DNA of 49,490 nucleotides from a virus: IMG/VR virus record IMGVR_UViG_3300022932_000014, positions 93,638 to 143,127 of that record; one strand, 5' to 3'. Shown piece by piece: positions 44,613 to 49,490 of this stretch (position 1 is its first letter; each line of letters starts with the position of its first letter). The notes under the pieces were generated by a model. It saw only the letters and a program-made list of their open reading frames with translations, ran no database searches and was not told where the DNA came from. The position numbers and the translations under genes were made by a program.

Positions 44613-47600
44613 TCTATATTTTCATCAAAATTATTTTGCTCTGCTTTAGTTAAAATGTTTTTTGTTTCTACTTCGGACACTGAATTTATCGAAGGGTATT
44701 GATTAGGGTCTACATTAAGAATAGGAGCTTCAATATTCAATTCATAAAAATTAACATCTATTTTTGTTAATTTAGAGAATAATTCATCTGCTGTTCTCTC
44801 ATATACATCTCCATTTATACTTATGAAATCTTCTGTAGTTTTTGTTTGAATAGTTTCGTTATTTATCTTTGTATACCCGTTCTTATATACTTCTAATGTT
44901 CCTCCATTTGCATAATAATCTCTCATATTTTGCGCAGTAATTTCATCTTCGCTGGCTTCCAATTCAACATTAAAATTAGTGTTTTTAGATAATAAGAAGT
45001 AATTTCTTAGATCTTCATTATCTTTCAAGTAATCATTCATTTCTGCAACACTAATCTCATCGGTATATCTTAAAGTTATGCCTTTTTGATTAAAAACTAA
45101 ATTTTGTAATACAGGGTGGACTTCTCTCAGCTGTTGATTTCTTACTTCCGCGATATAATCTGTTGTTAAGTATTCTGAATTTGATATGTTCAAAGCGGAG
45201 ATATCTACTATTTTTTCTTGTGAAACTGTTGGTACTTCTTTATTTTCTATGCCGAAATATGTTTTATAATAAATTAGCTTCTTAACCGTATCTACATCAA
45301 ATTCGGAGTCATTCGTTAGAACATCGGCCATTTGGCTTTCAACATATGAATTTAAGTCTTCTAGTACAATACTCTTATTGTTTACATCTCCCTGAATAGT
45401 ATTTTCTGGAAAAACATCTAAATTAGTTGACATTAAATCTTCAACTTCTTCTAAAGTTTTTGTATTTCCATCAGTTTTTATATAAACATTCTCTTGTATT
45501 TTTAAAAGGCCATTATCTTTAAATGCTTTATATTCAGAAGATGTTGTGTCTAACGAAATAAGAGGTAAATCTCTATATCTAGGTTCTACCTTAACTACTT
45601 CTCTTTCTATTGTGTCCACTACATTGGTAAAATCCTGATAAGTATTTATAAAATGATTGAGGCTATCAGGTGTTGGATTATTCAACATAAAATCTAAAGC
45701 TCTGGTAACATCCAAAACTTCTTCTTGTGTTTTTGTTTCATATGACTCGGCCAATCCTGTTAAATCGACATTTACATCAATAGCTTGCTTTTCAATATCT
45801 CTCAATAGTGTTTTTATAGCTTCTGGAGATGAATTCCAAACTTCTGGTGTATAGCCTTCAATATTAGATAAACTTGTCTGTAATCCATCATTTGTAGGCT
45901 CTCTTAGTGTTGCTTCTAAAGTATCTTGAACATCTGTATTTATTTTATCTTGAATACCTTCTTCTGTTTCTTCTTTTACCGCGACATTGTTAAATTCAGA
46001 CATTTCTTCAAATAACGCAGTATCTGTTTTTAAATAATCTAAATCACTTGCAGCTAAAGCTTCATTAAATTCTTCCTCAGTTTTTATCCCGCCTAATTCC
46101 TGAATAGCTTCTGTTTCATTAATAAAAGGATTTTCCAGATTACCTTGTTCATCAACAGTTATGAAGTTAGGATCAGCATCTTGATAATATTCACTGTTTT
46201 TAATTTGCTCTTTAATGTCTTTTGACTTATTTGTGCTGTAATTAAGTTCATTTAATAATTCATTTGCTTTTTTAAATAAGTCTACTCCAATTTCTTTTTT
46301 AGTTTTTTGCGATGCGCCTTTTATTGCTGTTTTTAAAGTATTAATATTTTGACGCATTAGAATATCACTATCTCCTGGTAAAATAGGATTTTCGTCAAAA
46401 GTCTGTGTAAAATTATTATCTAATTCAGAATTATTTATGTAAGCGCTATAAAGTTCTTTAGCCACTGTATTTAATTCTGATCTTATCTCTATTTCTCTGG
46501 CTTCATTAGCTTGTAAAAACTCTTTATACCCTAATACATCGGAGTCTATTTTATTAGACATACTAAGCATTATCTTACTGGTTTGAAAAGGACTGTTGTC
46601 TAATCTTATTGCAATTGTAGCATCATTTATTAAATTCTCTTTATTATAATTTTTTGTGGCGAATTGTTCAACATCTACAAACTGTTTTATTTTAGATAAA
46701 TCTGATAACGCATTAGACGTTTCTTGAGAATCAATCCAATTTTCTTTATCTGTAAAATCAATCCCATAAGATTGTGGATCTAACCCATTTTGAATTAGAG
46801 CATCTATCAAAGTTTTTGCTTTTATTGCGGTTGTTGCTTCAGTACTGTTGAAAATATCTAAAACTGATTGAGACATATCCACTGTAACTGAATTTAAACT
46901 CACTGGGAATCCAACAACTTTACCATTATAATTAAAAGCTATGAAAGGTATTTTAGCATCTTTATTAGAAGCACTTATTTTGTTTATAAATTGGTTTACA
47001 TCTATTTTTATTGTAGAAGTTACTTGACCATTTTCAATAAATCCTTGACCTACTACATTTTGTAAACTTTCTTTTGTAAAAGGATTGTTTCTAGTAACTG
47101 TTTCTTCTCCTGATTTTTGTAAAGTAATTTGAGGAGCGCCTATAAAAGTGATTTTTGCAGTCATTTTTTGAGGTAGTTTTATAAGTCCTTTTTTACCTTT
47201 TGTAAATTCGGCCGCAGACTGTCTTAACTCACTTAAAGGTATACCAATGCCTTCCGTACTTTCCTTATCATAAGGCGCAGGAAGTGATCCTAAAAGCTTG
47301 CCGTTCTTCATTACATAAATATGAATTTGTTTGGCTAATTCTTTACTTGTTAAACTATCATTGAAAGCATCTGTTGAGCTTACAAATAAGTCTAATGTAT
47401 CTCCATTCTTAACTGTATTTACAGCCTCTTCATCTACAGAATAATTAGTTCCGTCAGTTTGTCTGTAATCAAAATCAGATGGGACATTTTGATAAATTTC
47501 ATTTCCTTGGGAATCTAATCCTAGTAATTGTGAAATGGCCGAAGAATTAGTTCCGAAGTTTTTAATAAGTACACTTGATTGAGGTGCAACAGCAAGCCAT

Positions 47601-49489
47601 TCTTTTAGTGGGATATCTTGTCCCCCTTTGTCATTTATTCTTCCTGTAACTCTTTGTCCGTTATTTAAATCAATTTCAAAGGTATTGTTTGAATTAATAA
47701 TCATATTGGAACTAGGGAAAAAACTTGCTAAAGTTTCTACTCTGATATGACTAAATCTTATATTTTGATTTTTAATTGTAGCTAAAGCATTTGTAGGGGT
47801 TTGTAAACCTCTCACAGAAGCCCCTAAAGAATTTGCTTGTTCATCTATAGCATCAACAACAGATTTATAGTCTCTATCTATTAATTCAGTTTTAGTTGTA
47901 TCTCTAACAGCTTGTGTTTGAAGACTGTCAATTAAGTCTAACATTTCCGCAACACTTTGCTCATCATTTGAAACTGTTCCTTCTAGTGTTAGCCAATCAT
48001 TTAATCTTGTTTGTAAAACTTTAAGTTGATCTATCTCAGGTATTGTTAATCCTAAGTTTTTATAGAAATTTGACGGTCTGCTTATAATTCTATCTGTATT
48101 TGGCTCTACTCTTCTATCAATTTTAGAAAGTAATTCTTCATAAGTTCTTATATCTGATTCTGAAGGTTTTGTTTTCCCTTGTTCGGCCAGATCTGTTCCA
48201 AAATATTGAGTTAAATAATCATTTGAACCAATTATTTCAGCAATTTTATTTTGTAACTGTTGTAAAGTAGTTAGATTTGTAACTGGTGTAACTTCTACAT
48301 TATTTGGAATAGTGGCTACTGCATTATCTTCAATTTCTTTTTGATATGCATCATAAATAGCCTGATCAGCTGAGGGCAATTGAATTCCTTTTCTTACTTC
48401 TTCCCCTAACTGTTGTTTATAAGCTTCTGAAACAGGTTCTCCATTCTCAAATGCTCTTCTTTCTATTAGATTCTGATTTTCCTGAAAAACTACCACTGTA
48501 TCTGTTTTCCACTTTTCTAAAATATCTGTGAAATATGAAGCAGTTGATTCATTAAGTTTAGTATTTTTATTCAGTAATTTACTAACCCATCCATTAATAA
48601 CTTTTACTCTGGTGTTTGGATTTACAATCGCTTGAGTAGTTTTCTGATAATTTTTAATGTGGTCTACAGCTTTTGATTGTGCCTGTAAAGCTTTTTGAAT
48701 TTCAAAGAATTTTTCTGGATCTGATAATTTTATATCTGCTAAAGTTGCTCTTAATTTATCTAAATTTTCATTTTGAGTGGTGAACATATCAACAGTTATA
48801 CTTGCATCTGTATAATTTCTTATACCTATTGCATCTAAAGCTAATTGTTTTTCCGTTTGAGCTTGTGTTCTTTCTTCTTGTATTGCTGTAATCTCCTTAT
48901 TGATGTCAATTAAAGCGTTTGCGCGTGCTTTGTTATCTTCTGTATCTGTTAACTTACTTGCTTCAAATTGTCTGTTTAAAACTTCTTTTTCGCGACGATC
49001 TAAAGATTGTAAATGTAAATCTAATTGAGATATTTTTAGAGTTTTTTCTTTTGGCGCTAAATCTAAAACTTGTTGTACATCTAAAGCTTCTGTAATGCTT
49101 TCTACATTAACTGAATCAGCCACTAAAGATTTAACGTGAGAAATTAAATTTTGATTTATACGCATAGCAGTTTCGCCCATAGTCATACTATAAGCCATTG
49201 CTCTTACTACCTCTCTTGTAGAAGTTTTATCTAATCCTGCGATTTCTGTTTCACCTAATAAAGCTTGAGAATAATTTAAATTCTTTTGATGTTTATCTGA
49301 AATTTCTTTATACTCAGCTATTTTTTGTTCTTTAAATACCTGAGCTTGTTCTTCGGCTTCTTGGCCTGTACCTAATCCTAATTCTTTAGCTAATTCGTCA
49401 TTTTTAACAGCATTTATTTGACGTTGAAAATCAAAAAAGCCTTCCTGTACGCTACTTATAGCTTGATTACGTTCTATGTGAGCTATGGC
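44600..49489 (-). CDS. giant putative virion/ejection protein, 5'-truncated by window (>1629 aa)
   Basis: ORF track 44600-49198; frame read by hand stays open for 97 more codons to the window edge; no catalytic motif recognised. Confidence 0.75.
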   Translation of the reverse strand, partial: AIAHIERNQAISSVQEGFFDFQRQINAVKNDELAKELGLGTGQEAEEQAQVFKEQKIAEYKEISDKHQKNLNYSQALLGETEIAGLDKTSTREVVRAMAYSMTMGETAMRINQNLISHVKSLVADSVNVESITEALDVQQVLDLAPKEKTLKISQLDLHLQSLDRREKEVLNRQFEASKLTDTEDNKARANALIDINKEITAIQEERTQAQTEKQLALDAIGIRNYTDASITVDMFTTQNENLDKLRATLADIKLSDPEKFFEIQKALQAQSKAVDHIKNYQKTTQAIVNPNTRVKVINGWVSKLLNKNTKLNESTASYFTDILEKWKTDTVVVFQENQNLIERRAFENGEPVSEAYKQQLGEEVRKGIQLPSADQAIYDAYQKEIEDNAVATIPNNVEVTPVTNLTTLQQLQNKIAEIIGSNDYLTQYFGTDLAEQGKTKPSESDIRTYEELLSKIDRRVEPNTDRIISRPSNFYKNLGLTIPEIDQLKVLQTRLNDWLTLEGTVSNDEQSVAEMLDLIDSLQTQAVRDTTKTELIDRDYKSVVDAIDEQANSLGASVRGLQTPTNALATIKNQNIRFSHIRVETLASFFPSSNMIINSNNTFEIDLNNGQRVTGRINDKGGQDIPLKEWLAVAPQSSVLIKNFGTNSSAISQLLGLDSQGNEIYQNVPSDFDYRQTDGTNYSVDEEAVNTVKNGDTLDLFVSSTDAFNDSLTSKELAKQIHIYVMKNGKLLGSLPAPYDKESTEGIGIPLSELRQSAAEFTKGKKGLIKLPQKMTAKITFIGAPQITLQKSGEETVTRNNPFTKESLQNVVGQGFIENGQVTSTIKIDVNQFINKISASNKDAKIPFIAFNYNGKVVGFPVSLNSVTVDMSQSVLDIFNSTEATTAIKAKTLIDALIQNGLDPQSYGIDFTDKENWIDSQETSNALSDLSKIKQFVDVEQFATKNYNKENLINDATIAIRLDNSPFQTSKIMLSMSNKIDSDVLGYKEFLQANEAREIEIRSELNTVAKELYSAYINNSELDNNFTQTFDENPILPGDSDILMRQNINTLKTAIKGASQKTKKEIGVDLFKKANELLNELNYSTNKSKDIKEQIKNSEYYQDADPNFITVDEQGNLENPFINETEAIQELGGIKTEEEFNEALAASDLDYLKTDTALFEEMSEFNNVAVKEETEEGIQDKINTDVQDTLEATLREPTNDGLQTSLSNIEGYTPEVWNSSPEAIKTLLRDIEKQAIDVNVDLTGLAESYETKTQEEVLDVTRALDFMLNNPTPDSLNHFINTYQDFTNVVDTIEREVVKVEPRYRDLPLISLDTTSSEYKAFKDNGLLKIQENVYIKTDGNTKTLEEVEDLMSTNLDVFPENTIQGDVNNKSIVLEDLNSYVESQMADVLTNDSEFDVDTVKKLIYYKTYFGIENKEVPTVSQEKIVDISALNISNSEYLTTDYIAEVRNQQLREVHPVLQNLVFNQKGITLRYTDEISVAEMNDYLKDNEDLRNYFLLSKNTNFNVELEASEDEITAQNMRDYYANGGTLEVYKNGYTKINNETIQTKTTEDFISINGDVYERTADELFSKLTKIDVNFYELNIEAPILNVDPNQYPSINSVSEVETKNILTKAEQNNFDENIDCSK

Positions 49490-49490
49490 C

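Noticed and set aside
238-45854. Antisense and nested ORFs in the track (e.g. 238-513, 3503-3796, 6169-6453, 8617-8973, 8696-8917, 29012-29200, 39590-39964, 45657-45854)
   Set aside because: They lie wholly on or opposite well-supported genes and have the F/L/S/I-rich composition typical of shadow frames.
38251-49489. Virion RNA polymerase as in crAss-like phages
   Set aside because: No DxDxD/DFDxD catalytic motif seen in either giant protein within the window (SDFDY is not a match); the missing N-terminal part cannot be judged.

Overview
This is an internal 49.5-kb segment of an AT-rich tailed-phage genome that infects Bacteroidota, most likely Flavobacteriia. The host call rests on about 12 TTG-N19/20-TAnnTTTG/A promoters, A-rich start contexts without Shine-Dalgarno sites, and a Flavobacterium-type class Id ribonucleotide reductase. 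The + arm (1-31323) carries nucleotide-metabolism and replication genes: RNR beta/alpha, MazG-like pyrophosphatase, DnaB-like helicase, family B polymerase, BT4734/VirE-N protein and a metallophosphoesterase. It also carries three homing endonucleases and about 70 small hypothetical genes. It converges at a hairpin (~31306-31340) with a - arm encoding a Thg1-like protein, an Rnl2-family RNA ligase, a fourth homing endonuclease and two giant, probably virion-associated proteins. One giant has an ADP-ribosyltransferase-like domain; the other is cut by the window edge. No capsid, terminase, integrase, tRNA or CRISPR array is visible. Three non-coding signals are not explained by the gene annotation. 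(1) A ~25-bp dispersed DNA motif, YTGTTTT-N3-6-TTTT-[GC]5-6-AAA, occurs in both orientations and inside genes. (2) A promoter-proximal two-hairpin leader with complementary loops occurs three times with unrelated sequences. (3) A ~300-nt multi-helix candidate ncRNA lies downstream of one of those leaders. Protein family calls are from motif recognition by eye; no searches were run.
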